A program made the position numbers and the translations under genes. Below, piece by piece: positions 1 through 13,146 of a stretch of 44,815 nucleotides of DNA. The stretch's first letter is position 1, and the number at the start of each line of letters is the position of its first letter. Under the pieces are notes generated by a model, which worked only from the letters and a program-made list of their open reading frames with translations, ran no database searches and was not told the origin of the DNA. The stretch is from Octopus bimaculoides (Eukaryota): positions 53,785,983-53,830,797 of the forward strand of contig NC_068992.1 in assembly GCF_001194135.2 (NCBI RefSeq). Reading direction: 5' to 3'.

Positions 1-105
1 CTCTCTCCATATATATATATATATATGCGTGTATATACATATATATATCCACATATATATATATATACATATACATGGCTGGGTGTGTATGTGTTTGTGC
101 GTGTG

Positions 106-158
<53 letters not shown>

Positions 159-1205
159 TTGAGTTGCAGACAAATGCACGTTGCAAAAGTGCAGATCCTA
201 TTTAAGTTTCTACATTCAAATTTAGTGGTTTCCTGAATACATAAAAATTCTTGAGAATTCCCGTTTCATTTCTAATTGGTTGTGGAACAATCTTAATGAT
301 AAATTCCGTCATTAGACGAATAACGATATGCATTCTGAGATTTATGAGTGTCTAGTAACCACGGAGTTAGTTATACACATATAAACGTATGCACACACAA
401 ACTCACGCGTGTATGTGTGCACAAGATGATGCAATACTTTGTAATGCTGTGAGACGCGATTGTACACCGATGGGTATCTCTGTCTTTCCTATCCCTCTTT
501 CTCTCTTTCGCTCTCTCACCCTCTCACTCCCCCTCTCTCTCTCTCTTTCTCTCTCTCTCTCCACGCAAACACACAAAGGCATCTATGCGAATGTATATTT
601 GTCTATCTTTGCTTATGTGTTTGTGGAAATATTTATATGCAGTGAACGACAACGTGTTGAAAATAATAGATAGATAGATAGATAGTTATACAAGCAGAAA
701 CATACATGCGTGAGTATATTGTCGTGTCAGGTTTTTCTGAAATAAAAACTGTGCATAAAATAAGGGTGTGACATAGTAGACAGTTGTTTGGAGAACTTAA
801 AACTACGTTCTTAATGATCAGATAGAAAAAAGAAAAAAAAAAGGTAAAGAAAATAAATAAATGAACAACAAATATAAGAATACTAGAGTATAAAACAGGT
901 GTGTTGTTTCACGACAGGGTGTGATGTTATCTATATAGTTAGACATACGTTCAGTAAGCAAGGTAACAGCAATAGGGAAAAAAATGTGTCAAGGACGTAT
1001 CGCATATGTGTCTTCTTAGTCTGAACATTCATTTTCTTGAATATTCTGAACACGATGAAACCGCCATTTTACGCAGCACTCGCAATGTAACATCTGAACA
1101 AGAATAAAAACAATACCTTTAATATATCTCTTTGCAATTTAAAATTTCAGCGTGCATAACATATGCATTAATATTCTATAAAATAATGCGCTTTAGTATC
1201 AGTAC

Positions 1206-1335
1206 GACTATTAGCAGAATCGTTAGCACCCAGTACAAAGGCTTAGCGGCATTTCCTTTGTCTATACGTTCTGAGCACAAATTCCTCAGACGCCGACTTT
1301 GCCATTGTCGAAAAAATAAGTACTAGTTGAGTACC
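1206..1335 (+). mobile_element. tRNA-derived SINE, family B (working name), degraded and 3'-truncated
   Basis: GCAGAATCGTTAGCAC...GCTTAGCGGCATTTC...CCGACTTTGCC...AATAAGTACTAGTTGAGTAC matches the better copies at 38302-38520 and 23594-23804. Confidence 0.75.
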
Positions 1336-1774
1336 AAAACAACATCTGACCAAGGCCACACTCGACTAAAACCACGGCAAAATAAGGTCATACGCGACCA
1401 AGGCCACACATCCTACTGAGACCACATCCAAATTCCACAAAGTCTACAGCTGAAAAAAATCACAATCAAATAAAAACTCTCCCCATTCTAACAAAGAAAC
1501 CACTGCATAGCTGTATGACATCATACAAATATCTGTTAAATCTCATAGACAATACACCGTACAATCGTCAAAAAGAGAAAGGCAGCATTGGTAAAAAAGG
1601 ATTTCTGGAAATACTAACTTAGAATGTAAAAAATTAGATGGCTATGAACTATGTTAGGTTCTACTTAATTCGCGGTCAGCTTGATCAGAGCTGACATATG
1701 GCTAAATCCGAAGACCAACTTAAATGAAATTTACTTTATAAGAAACTATAAAAAATAGCTACATGTGTGCTTCT

Positions 1775-1789
1775 CTCTGTCTCTCTGTC

Positions 1790-1848
<59 letters not shown>
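1775..1848. repeat. (CT)n microsatellite
   Basis: Directly visible. Confidence 0.95.
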
Positions 1849-1854
<6 letters not shown>

Positions 1855-1974
1855 CTTACCTCTCACTCCCTCTCTGCATATATGTATGTCATATCTAAAA
1901 AGAGAATGGAGATGGAGAGGCGTTTAAAGACAGTGTGACAAGAGAGAGGATGCAAATTTATATATCAATATCAA

Positions 1975-1976
<2 letters not shown>

Positions 1977-2041
<65 letters not shown>
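1977..2041. repeat. (TATC)n microsatellite
   Basis: Directly visible; source of the IYLS-repeat ORF. Confidence 0.95.
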
Positions 2042-2042
<1 letters not shown>

Positions 2043-2771
2043 ATACAAACTTATGCCGAAGTACAATTTCATTCAAATATATACAGTGTATATATTTGGG
2101 CATTTCATCTTAAAATTTTAATTTTCAAAACTCATGTTCCAAGCTTTGGACATGACTGTACATATGAGATAAAAAGATCTAGAGAGAGAGGGGGGAGAGA
2201 GTGGGGAGAGAGAAAGATAGTCAGGTAGGTTGATGCACACTGATAAATTTCCAGTGAAAACTCATGTGAATCTCATTTTCAGAAGTCTTCCTCAGAAGTT
2301 ATGTTCAAAGCATGGTTTCTCTTCTCTTTGTACAATATGTTTGCCACTAATGTCTTACCTCCAGCAGTTTGAAACCGAGATTAACATTCTGAAACAACGT
2401 AGGTCATATCTACAACAGGTTCATCCCTCTATTCATCTTCTCGATAATATTATCTGATGTGGAGCCAGTGACGGTGTCTCCTCTTAATTTCTCATACTGC
2501 TAGAAACAGCAGCCTATCACCTCTCAACTAATAATTTAATGCTCTTTAAAACTGGGAACACACCTTAAGTAATGTAGGTTTAATATNNNNNNNNNNNNNN
2601 NNNNNNNNNNNNNNNNNNNNNNNNNNNNNNNNNNNNNNNNNNNNNNNNNNNNNNNNNNNNNNNNNNNNNNNNNNNNNNNNNNNNNNNNNNNNNNNNNNNN
2701 NNNNNNNNNNNNNNNNNNNNNNNNNNNATATATATGAAGGTGTTTTCCTGTGAGAAGATACTCTTCATAAG

Positions 2772-2838
2772 GTCGGTTCATTTACCATCTATCATGGTGA
2801 AACACTGTTTGTTTCACCATGGGATGCGGTGAACTGAT
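2772..2838 (+). ncRNA. pre-miRNA-like hairpin (candidate)
   Basis: Perfect 11-bp core CATGGTGAAAC / GTTTCACCATG (2793-2803 / 2811-2821) around a 7-nt loop containing UGU; pairing extends by eye, with G:U pairs and bulges, to about 2772/2838. Confidence 0.3.
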
Positions 2839-3441
2839 AGTGTGTTTATATCTTGCTTGTTTATGTTTTTAAAATTTACTTGATGATGGCGCGTTTTGGC
2901 TGATATAATGTAAGAATGCACAAATAGGGCCTGCCGAAACAACTGTTGTAAATTTTGAAGCTCAGCTGGGTTCTTATAGATATACCATAATTGGAATCAA
3001 CTCTGAGCTGGATCTACCATTTATATTTGATTTGGTAACTATGTCTATGTGTATATATGTATATTTATATTGATGTGATGGAGTTGTGACAAAAAAAATG
3101 AAAACATCATTAATAGTTTTTAATTAATATTATTGTTAAGTATACTGTGATATCTCGAACAGATTTCTGTGTTATTAGGATCTCAGTAGAGATGTATAGA
3201 CTCTGCTGTACTGATTAGTTTGGACTTCGCTGAACCATACATATTCTTATTTGATTAGTTTAGGAAAACTGTATTTTAGTCTCAACAAGTCACAGAATCT
3301 TCAGTGATCGTTTTTTGTATAATTATTTCTGTATGTATGATGTCTTTGCAGTTAAATAAGGTATACGGTATAGCAGTAAGAGAAAATGAAATTATGAAAT
3401 AATTTGAAACAAACCATAGCAAATAATATCACAATAAACGT

Positions 3442-3804
3442 GGGCATGGCTGTATGGTAAGAAGCGTGTTTCCCAACCAGGAGGTCTGGGGTTTAGTGCC
3501 ACTACATAGCAACTTCAACAAGTGTTTTCAACAATAGTTCCATGCTAACTAATGCCGTGTACAAGGACATGGCAAATTGAAACTGACAGAAGCACGTCGA
3601 GTCTGTGTGTCCTGCCCCACCACCACTTGAAACCAGTGTAGTTTAGTTTATGTCATGTAACACAGGAGTTCAACAAAAAAACCTTATAGAATAAATACTA
3701 GGCTTACAAATAAGTACGGAGGGCGTCTTGTTTGTCTAAACCATTCCAGGCTGTGCGAGAGTATGGCCAGGTCGAAAGACTGAAACAAGCCAAGAATAAA
3801 AGAG
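3442..3804 (+). mobile_element. tRNA-derived SINE, family A (internal microsatellite type), diverged full-length copy
   Basis: Head GGCATGGCTGTATGGTAAGAAGC...CCCAACCA; body GAAACTGACAGAAGC; tail GACTGAAACAAG...AATAAAAGAG, shared with other copies in the window. Confidence 0.8.
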
Positions 3805-4161
3805 AGAAGATAGTATAAGAGAAAAGAGGAAATGTGTTGCTAGCTAAGGTTTTAATGTTTAACCGTTTTAATAATTGAGGTGACAGATGTGTAAGGATCG
3901 ATAACTACTGCTAGCTGTAAGAAGAATGAAGCTTTCATAGTTCTAAGAATACATAAGATGTATTTTGATGAAGCTACTACGGCTTTAACTATGTGTACAG
4001 CTACTCCTGTTGAGTAACCTAATTCTTTGATACACATTTCTTGCTTTACATCTTTTCAATGTGTAATTAATAACAAACACTTCAAAAGAGATTTAACTGA
4101 GCTTTTCCAACGGCGTTAACAATAGAATGCAATCTTGTTAGGTATACCATTAAGGGGCAAT

Positions 4162-4350
4162 TAAGGAGAAGCGTTAGCATGACAGATAAAACGCAGCATT
4201 TTGACCAGCTTTACTGTCTGAATTCAAATTCTACCGACGTCTTCATTATCTTTCATCTTTTCCGGTTCAATAAAATAAGTATCAGTTGAGCAAACGGGTC
4301 GAAAATGTCGGCTAAATCCTTCTCTCAAAATTTCAGTCTTTGTTCATATA
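4162..4350 (+). mobile_element. SINE family B, degraded
   Basis: GTTAGCA...TTCAAATTCTACCGA...AATAAAATAAGTATCAGTTGAG...GGGTCGA...CAAAATTTCAGTCTTTGT follows the family B motif order. Confidence 0.7.
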
Positions 4351-6829
4351 TCGGGGTAAGTGATTAGATATTCCAATGGGTGACAGAATAACACAATAAA
4401 AATTATGCCTTTAACACAGCCACCAGGTTTTGAGAGATTTTAGTGGGAACATCAATCTTGTAAGCATTCGGTCCAATATTTTTGAGGTTAAATCGATCCT
4501 GTTACGACTACAGAAGTTTATATGTGTTGCTTTATTATATTTCCTCCAGGCCTACAACCCTCAGCGGTAGCACAAAGTACTACCTCTCCCAACTTAGTTG
4601 TTAGACTGAAACACCGAAGAACAATTACCTAATTAGTACAATAAGTATTCAATACTCTTGAGCTCAACCCCCAATAACAAATTTATTTGCCATTCCATCA
4701 TAGTGTACACGAAGACTTATTCAAGTATTATCTGCTTTTCGCTAAAGAAAACAAATAGCCTGAAAGGAATTAACATTTCAAAGGAATAACTAGTATAACA
4801 GAAACAACTAGAATTTCATCAAACACCATTGAAATAACAAGCGAAAGGATTCTTAACTAGACGCGTTTCTGCAGTAAAAGTTGTTGATAACATACACCTG
4901 GTCCATTGGAATCTTTAGTAGCGCTCCCTGCGTTGCAAGCAGTCGGACATGGCTCACAGTATAGTTATTGCTACATTATAACATACATATGTTTAAGCTG
5001 GGTGAATTGCAGCATTGTTATCTCCAGTCTGTAAAGAAATGAAAAGCTCATTGTTAAGACCATGCATTTTTGATTACCATTCAAAAACACAAAGGTAGTC
5101 GTTAGAATAATAGAAGACAAGGTCAAACTGCTCAATGTCTTTACAGTCTCACACAATATTCTTTTGCTTTTGTTTTTCTTTTTTCACTTCCTTTTTTTTT
5201 TGTTTCTTTGCGCTAAACAGAGATACACAATATCTATATGCACGAGAATACTTGACACAAAAATTAAAATTTTTCTACTTGCTGAAGTCGGTTAGATAAT
5301 TAGAGCAATTATCTGTGGTTAATTATCGCGCTGCAAATTGTAATGTAATTAAGAGACATAGTTTTACTGTGAAATTATTAATTGAGAAGTAAAATGTACA
5401 TTCGCGCAATTGTACAAGCAAGATTACATCCAGGCGAATACATACGTTATAAATAAATGCATGCACATGTAGATAATATACACGCATCTATGAATATATA
5501 CAAATACGCATACATGCATATGTGTCTGTTAGTGTGTGTGTGCGTGTGTGTATAGACACGTGCATATACTAAACGCAGATGCACGAATTAACAAACGCAC
5601 ATGTACGTGTGCCATACATACATAGATACACACACATATATATATATGCGTATGTGGATGTGTCTATATATGTATATATACACGTGTATATGCATACATA
5701 CATAAATACGTATGTACATACATACATACTTACATACGCATGTACATTCGTATGACAAGAGAGAATTTGCTAAACAGTATGAGTAAGAATTGAAAAGAAA
5801 TTTAACAAACAACTATTTCGTATAATTATGTTCATGCACATATGTCACTAAGTACGCGTGTATTCATATATATATATATATATATANNNNNNNNNNNNNN
5901 NNNNNNNNNNNNNNNNNNNNNNNNNNNNNNNNNNNNNNNNNNNNNNNNNNNNNNNNNNNNNNNNNNNNNNNNNNNNNNNNNNNNNNNNNNNNNNNNNNNN
6001 NNNNNNNNNNNNNNNNNNNNNNNNNNNNNNNNNNNNNNNNNNNNNNNNNNNNNNNNNNNNNNNNNNNNNNNNNNNNNNNNNNNNNNNNNNNNNNNNNNNN
6101 NNNNNNNNNNNNNNNNNNNNNNNNNNNNNNNNNNNNNNNNNNNNNNNNNNNNNNNNNNNNNNNNNNNNNNNNNNNNNNNNNNNNNNNNNNNNNNNNNNNN
6201 NNNNNNNNNNNNNNNNNNNNNNNNNNNNNNNNNNNNNNNNNNNNNNNNNNNNNNNNNNNNNNNNNNNNNNNNNNNNNNNNNNNNNNNNNNNNNNNNNNNN
6301 NNNNNNNNNNNNNNNNNNNNNNNNNNNNNNNNNNNNNNNNNNNNNNNNNNNNNNNNNNNNNATATATATATATAATTTGAGCAGAGTGTGTTGACGGCCG
6401 CGTGCTTGCCATCAGCCTATGTCGCTACTCTGACTTCTATTGCCGTCTTTAGGTAGATGCATATATAGTTGTCAGCAGATGTTTTACTGCAATTTCTCAC
6501 GGGAACCGTTGAGATGTCATCACATTTCCCCCAACCTGTACCTCTACCTACCTATGTCATTACTATCCACCTTTCCAACGCCATCATTTTTGCTCCTTTT
6601 CTATTTGACGTTGTCGTTCTTGTTCTTGTTCGTGTTCGTGTTGTTGTTCTTCTTGCTGTTATCGTCGGGCTTATCGTTGCAGTCCTTATCTTTGTTTTAT
6701 TTTGTTTTTTTTATCGTCATTGTGCTTTAAACTGCCAACGTAAAGCGAACCAGCTACGTGTCTTTAGTAATTAATTTCATTGAACCCGGATGACTTAAAT
6801 TAAGACGACAATATGACGAGGATAGTGGT

Positions 6830-7130
6830 AATGGTAAGGATGATCATCATCATGATAATGATGGTGATGATCATGATCATGATGATGATGGTGGTGATGG
6901 TGATGATGATGATGATGACGATGATAATGGCAGTGATGATGACGATGATAACAATGTATCAATTAGATCAAGAAATAATTATCGTAAAAATGACGATGAC
7001 GACGACGACGATATGATGATAATGATTAAGGTGACGGTGACGATGTTGACGACAGATGTGGTTCTGAGGAAGTTGATGACGACGACTATGATGATAATGA
7101 GGATCATGACATAATGATGATGTGGATTAT
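6830..7130. repeat. Degenerate (GAT/GAC/GGT)n trinucleotide tract
   Basis: Directly visible; source of the poly-M/I/T ORFs. Confidence 0.9.
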
Positions 7131-7170
7131 TATAATTATAATGGTAGCAATCATTATTATATCGATTGTA

Positions 7171-7330
7171 AAGGCGGTGAGCAGTCTCGATCGTTATCAC
7201 GCCGGGCGAAATGCTTAGCCGCATCTCGTCTGTCATTACACTCTGATTTCAAATCCTGCCGAGGCCGACTTTGCGTTGCATGCTTACGGGGTGGATAAAA
7301 TAAGTACCAGTTGAGAACTGGGGTCTTGTG
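7171..7330 (+). mobile_element. SINE family B, 3'-truncated
   Basis: AAGGCGGTGAGC...ACGCCGGGCGAAATGCTTAGC...GCCGAGGCCGACTTTGC...GATAAAATAAGTACCAGTTGAG. Confidence 0.85.
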
Positions 7331-7484
7331 AAATATTTGAAACCATTATTATGTTGATCCTAGTAATAACAATGAGAACAACGAATCGAAAATAACGCTG
7401 CAGAAAGGCCCTACACATGAGATGTAAGAGACAAATTTCTCTCGAATAACAATGTACAATCCTATAAAGGCCATATCGTATTGT

Positions 7485-7815
7485 ATGGCTCAGTGGTTAG
7501 AACGACTGGCTCACAATCATGAGGTAGTGAGTTCTATTTCCGGACCGGCTTGTGAGTTGTTCTTGAGCAAGACACTTTATTTCATGTTGCTCGAGTTCAC
7601 GCAGCTGTAGAAATGAGTTGCGATGTCACTGGTGCCAACCTGTATCAGCTTTTGTCTTTCCTTTGGATAACACCGGTGGAGTGGAGAGGAGGAGGCTGGT
7701 ATGCATGGGTGACTGCTGGTCTTCAATGGACAACCTTACCCAGACTTGTTCCTCGGAGAGGGAGCTTTGTAGGTGCAATCCAACAGTCGTTCACCACAGA
7801 AGTGGGTCTTTTTAC
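7485..7815 (+). mobile_element. tRNA-derived SINE, family C
   Basis: A-box TGGCTCAGTGG, B-box-like GAGTTCTATTTCC, then TCTTGAGCAAGACACTTTATTTCA...GTTGCTC, a block shared with the element at 22661-22961. Confidence 0.85.
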
Positions 7816-7865
7816 TTTATCGTCAAACTAAATATCACATTATTTTAATATTGCAAACAAATTTA

Positions 7866-8193
7866 GGCGCAGAAGTGGTTCGGTGGCAAAAACTTTTCTT
7901 CCCAACCATATGGTTTCGAGTTCAGCCTCCCCGCTTCGCACCTTGATCAAATGTCTTCTATTATGGTCTTGAACCGACAAAAAAACTTGTGAGTGAATCT
8001 GACAGACGGAAACTGAAAGAAGTCTATCGTATATGCATAAACGTGTGTGTGTGTGTGTGTGTGCACGTGTGTTTGTGTATGTGTGTACGCCTTTGTGCAT
8101 GTTTTTGCATCCCCCACCCGCATGAAATTTGAGTCGGATTCTTTACGTGCTCGTAAATTAGCGGTTCGGTAAAAGTGGTTAATAGAAGCAACA
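7866..8193 (+). mobile_element. SINE family A, 3'-truncated
   Basis: CCCAACCATATGGTTTCGAGTTCAG...CACCTTG...GACGGAAACTGAAAGAAG, internal (GT)n, TTAGCGGTTCGGTAAAAG. Confidence 0.85.
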
Positions 8194-8563
8194 CTTCTTA
8201 TTGGCTGCCATTTTTGCTACCTCGTTGGTTTTAATAACATTAATTATAATGGCATAGTTTTGAGATCATCATTTTATCATATTAAATCCTAGATTAATTA
8301 TCTAGCTTTTTGCGTATATAATTCTATTAATCGGTCGGTTGAACTCCACCTCCTTATATTCCATGATTGATCATCGTGCCCATTCGATACGGTGATGTTA
8401 ATTCATCATATTATATTTGAATCCTTATTCAGAAATCAAATGTGATATTAATTATAATTTTAATTTGAGTATTAATAATGTATGATTGAACACCATACAC
8501 AGTTTTCAATAACAGGAACAGGGTTTAAACTGTAATGGATAATTCCGAAATACGAGCACACAT

Positions 8564-8956
8564 AGACGCAGGTGTTACTGCGAAGTTAACAAGCTCGCTG
8601 TTTTAGTCTCAGTGCGCGGCACCTTGAGCAATTTGAGCGATTCACTCAGTGCACAGCACCTTGTACAGTATCTCCGGTCAGTCCAATGGCTTGTAAGGAA
8701 ATTTGATAAACGAAAACTCTGAAGAAACGCGTTGTTTGTGTGTGTGTCTGTCTTTATGTCTTTGTTTGCTTCCCCACCTACTCAGAGTGTTTTATGACCT
8801 TGTAATTAGGGGGATCGACAAAAGAGAGGTTACAATATGTACCGGACTTTTAAAATAAACACTGGATTTGATTTAGTCGACTAAAACTCTTCAAGGTTAT
8901 AATAACTCAGCGTGGCTTCTGTCAAATGCCAGTAAAGATAAACAAAATTAAATAAG
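8564..8956 (+). mobile_element. SINE family A, degraded, with a short internal duplication
   Basis: CTCAGTGC..GCACCTTG occurs twice; internal (GT)n; GATTTGATTTAGTCGACTAAA and the A-rich tail. Confidence 0.65.
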
Positions 8957-9271
8957 TTGGTAAATGATTAGCCAATAGCAACTAACTAGTCTAAAAAGCT
9001 TGTCATGTTTTTGTTTGGTCCCACTTCATCTCTGATTCAATATGTCTATGATGAGAAAAGTAATGCTCAAGCTCTGGTTATTTCGGTGTTTTGAATATCT
9101 AAAACTCCACTCAATCATTTGTCATTGGTTACCACGCGAGAATCATGTGATTTGAGGGAGATTTGACAGCAATTTCTAGCAGCTTAGTTACTCGTTATAG
9201 AGGCGTTTAGTTTATCAATCTTACAAATACACGTTCTCTCTCACACACAGACACACACATGCATGCACACA

Positions 9272-9273
<2 letters not shown>

Positions 9274-9326
<53 letters not shown>
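9274..9326. repeat. (CT)n microsatellite
   Basis: Directly visible. Confidence 0.95.
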
Positions 9327-9328
<2 letters not shown>

Positions 9329-9379
9329 ACTCTCTGCTTCTCCCCCTTGTCTCTCACTCTCTCGATTTGTTTATCAGAT

Positions 9380-9614
9380 AGATGCAGACATGGCTCTGTG
9401 ATTGAGAAGGTTTGCAAACGAATAGCCAGGGGTTCAGTTAGTGGCATGTAAAGCTGGTTAACGGAAGTTGTGTGCCATCCCATCGTGTGTGAGTGTGTCT
9501 GTGTATGTGAGGTCAATATAACATGTACTACGCTCGGTGTCTTCAACCAAATCTGTCCAGTCGGTGCCTCCGCCTGGCTGTAGTCCAATGATTGAAGCAA
9601 GTAAAAGATAAAAA
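9380..9614 (+). mobile_element. SINE family A, heavily degraded and internally deleted
   Basis: Head CATGGCTCTGTGATTGAGAAG...GGGTTCAGT and tail GTCCAATGATTGAAGCAAGTAAAAGATAAAA. Confidence 0.55.
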
Positions 9615-9805
9615 ATTTGTATTCTTTTCGTGAATATTATAACTCTAAAATAAAATCTGGCCAGGATCCACTTTGCCTTTTATCTTTTCTGGAACAACAA
9701 CTCAAAATACAACTCGACAACAGTGGATGAGCAGAATATTGTGATATTTGTATAGAATTCTCTAAGGAATATCTCTGAAAATATCCCTAGATTTTGGCAT
9801 TTCCG

Positions 9806-10255
9806 TTTATCGTTTATCCTTTATCTTTCACTTCTTTCTGACTTTAGACAGCGGCCATAATGGGGCACTACCTTGACATTTTTTTTAGTCAAATGAATGG
9901 ATCTTAGTAATTATTTTTAAGCCTGGCACTTATTGTATCGGGCGTTTTTGCCCGATCGCTAAGTTACGAGTATGCAAGCAAACCGGCACTAATTGTCAAG
10001 CAGTGGTGGGAGCCCAACCACGAACTGAAAGGCACACATACACACACAGACATGCACACACAAACTCACACACACACACATATGTATACACACGACGAGC
10101 TTCCTTCAGTTTCTGTCTACAAAATCCACTCAAAAGGCTTTGGTCGGCCCGAGACTATAGTACAAAACACTTGCCCAGTGTGTCGCACAGTGGGACTGAG
10201 CCCGGAACCATGTGGCTGGAAAGCAAGCTTCCAACCACAAAACTACGAGTCCGCC
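9806..10255 (-). mobile_element. SINE family A, near full length
   Basis: Reverse complement reads AAGCTTGCTTTCCAGCCACATGGTTCCGGGCTCAGTCCCACTG...GGGCAAGTG...GACCAAAGCC...GACAGAAACTGAAGGAAGC, then (TG)n and the tail. Confidence 0.9.
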
Positions 10256-10290
10256 TAATTAATCAGTTTAACCCATCGCCCGAGTTTACA

Positions 10291-10374
10291 TCAACCACCT
10301 AACCCTTTGAACACTTTGCAAGGACTCCAGTTTGAAGATAATTTCCTTCGAACTTCCTCAAACTCTGAGAAACC
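10291..10374 (-). CDS. Candidate terminal coding exon (GFSEFEEVRRKLSSNWSPCKVFKGLGG*), unknown product
   Basis: About 60-nt polypyrimidine tract ending TTTTCAG at 10375; phase-0 frame open to TGA at 10293-10291. The tract may simply be a decayed (AAAAG)n repeat. Confidence 0.2.
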   Translation of the reverse strand, partial: GFSEFEEVRRKLSSNWSPCKVFKGLGG

Positions 10375-10852
10375 CTGAAAATGTAAAGAGAGTAAAAAGA
10401 ATAAAAAGAAAAGAAAAAAGAAAATGAAAGACGAAGAGGTGAAGAGACGCCAGTGTGTTAGATCTAATACACTGAAGTAAACACAATTTCACACTTGATC
10501 TAAAAGAATTTTTCGTCTGAATAAAAATTTTACAAACACAGAAACGGAAAAACCTAATTAGGAAAAAAATTGTGTAAGTGAAATATTGCAAAAAAATTAC
10601 GCGAAAAATCATTTAACAAATGAACGTGAACTGATATCTCAGCAAATAATAATTCAATGACAAATGACTTTAAAGATATTTTTTTAAGAAAATAATAATT
10701 ACTTAATATAATTTTGCTACGTTGAAAAATGATTTTCAATAATGATGATGGCACAAAATATACTTTGTTATACAAAGTGAAACAGATAAGAAAAATTACA
10801 TTGTCTTTTACGTATCGAATGTTCATTTATATATATACATACACACACACAT

Positions 10853-11117
10853 ACTTTGTTTCCGCTAGGTTACGGGGACGTAAACACAACAACACTAGAT
10901 ATATACATATATGTATACACACACACACACACACATAGATGTATATACATATATACGACGGGCGTCTTTCAGTTTCCGTCTACGAAATCTACTCATGAGT
11001 CTTCCGTCGTCCCGAAGCTCTAGTAGAAGACGCTTGGCCAAGGTACTAGGCAGTAGCATTGAACCTGGAACCATGTGGTTGGGAAGCAAGCTTCTTATCT
11101 CCCAGCCACGTCTGCAC
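10853..11117 (-). mobile_element. SINE family A, 3'-truncated
   Basis: Reverse complement reads AAGAAGCTTGCTTCCCAACCACATGGTTCCAGGTTCAATG...GTAGACGGAAACTGAAAGACGCCCGTCG, then microsatellite and TTTACGTCCCCGTAACCTAGCGG. Confidence 0.9.
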
Positions 11118-12134
11118 ATCTGTGTGTCTCTTATTAAAATATGTGTGTTTGCTTCTATGAGCGCGTGCATGTATGTGTTGAGGGAACACATTGAAGTAGG
11201 AGAACTCCCTGGTGTATTGGAGTAACGTTTAAACTATACATTTAATTATTTCGTGAAGCTGTTACCAGTGGTTTCATAGCACTGTATCTATACACACAGC
11301 GTATACACACAGGGTACACATAAATACATACATACATACATACATGTGCGTGTGAGCATGTAATATACTTGGAGTCTGAGTACGTAGGTGCGTATTTAAA
11401 CATGGGACCTTATACATATGTCTGTGTAAATTAATTATCAATTTTACGTTTACTGCGTTATTTATTTCTTATACATTCACTCACCTGTCGCTATATTTTT
11501 CATTTATCCTTTCTATTCTCCGATTCATCTCTCTTTCTCACTATGATCTTTTCTTATACGTGTGACATATTTCGTTTCCTTTTGCCAGGATTTCCCTTTC
11601 AAATTTCGTCTCTGCCAATTCTTCCCTCCTACGCAATCCATCTAGACAAGCATTAATATTTTCATTCTTGTCTTCCCTTACTCAAATTTCTTCATATTTT
11701 TTTTTCTTATTAGTACCAATTCTTTCTCATTATCTTCTTGTTTTTTATTAATTTTTTTCTACTTTTCTTAACAAAACACAAGAATATATCACGATTTACT
11801 GCAATTTCTATGTGTCATTCGTTCTCTATCTCAAGACGCAGTGTGCTTTTCATAAGCCGATACGCATTTGTATATGTTTGTGTGCGTATATACCTACACA
11901 CACACACGTACGGACGCACACACACACACACACACACACATATACATATTTGTGAGTATAATAAATATAAATATATATATGTAATGTGTACGTATGTATA
12001 TATTTATATGCATGTATGCATATATATTTATATAGATATGTGTCTGTGTGTATAAATATATTTTTCTATCGATCTTTATTACATCTCTTCCATCAATCTA
12101 TCCGTCATACGCTCTGCATCTGTAAATCAGAGAC

Positions 12135-12183
<49 letters not shown>

Positions 12184-12397
12184 NNNNNNNNNNNNNNNNN
12201 NNNNNNNNNNNNNNNNNNNNNNNNNNNNNNNNNNNNNNNNNNNNNNNNNNNNNNNNNNNNNNNNNNNNNNNNNNNNNNNNNNNNNNNNNNNNNNNNNNNN
12301 NNNNNNNNNNNNNNNNNNNNNNNNNNNNNNNNNNNNNNNNNNNNNNNNNNNNNNNNNNNNNNNNNNNNNNNNNNNNNNNNNNNNNNNNNNNNNNNNN

Positions 12398-12442
<45 letters not shown>

Positions 12443-12478
12443 TACACACACATGTATATATATTTATATATATTAATG

Positions 12479-12510
<32 letters not shown>

Positions 12511-13146
12511 CACACCCACACGTACATACAAATATATTTCTGTTTATATGCGTTATATAAGAAAATGGGGGGGGTGTCTATATTTGTATTTATGTGCATC
12601 ACGAAGCAGGCCTATAAATTTGTCCATATATCAGGTCAAACATGCACACATATGCATACTTAAGTACGAACGCTCTCATAAAGAATCTGCGATATACTTA
12701 TTTCTCAAACCTGACCCAGTAATCTTACAGTGCCTGTGACTTTATGAGCTCCCTTAAAGATATGGAAGATATACGTTGTGCATATTTTATTGCTCCCCTG
12801 AAAATATGGAAGCCTCATATCGTATATACTTTATTGTTGTCTTCAATCTCTTCACTGTAGATATGGCTCGAACAATGGTTAGACAGATTAGATGCAGTAC
12901 GCTCAAAAAATGTTTCCCTGGATTTTATATGCTGAAATACTTAAGACATAATATGTAGTGTTTAGTTGGTTTCTGAGATATCGTTGAAAATATTTCATCC
13001 AATTACAGTAGAAGACATTGCTATATAGTTGTTCTGTGCTCATTTCCACTACACGGTAGCATGGACGAATGAATTTTATAATAACATTCGTCGCAAAGTT
13101 ACCTATTCGTAGCTGAATGAACTGGATCAACGTGAAATTAAGTAGC

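Noticed and set aside
960-1093. Strong minus-strand acceptor at 1094 (similarly 5029 and 26359)
   Set aside because: Frames close quickly or the donor is ambiguous; such acceptors are common in T-rich DNA and no protein similarity was recognised
1347-1410. Direct repeat GACCAAGGCCACAC twice, about 49 bp apart
   Set aside because: Only two copies and no array; not CRISPR-like, probably a repeat remnant
2359-2500. Minus-strand GAG|GTAAGA donor with a peptide-like upstream frame
   Set aside because: Two stops in the best frame; only a 30-nt microexon would fit, with no supporting evidence
7485-7550. tRNA-like sequences with A and B boxes (also the heads of families A and B)
   Set aside because: No complete cloverleaf or acceptor stem; they continue into SINE bodies
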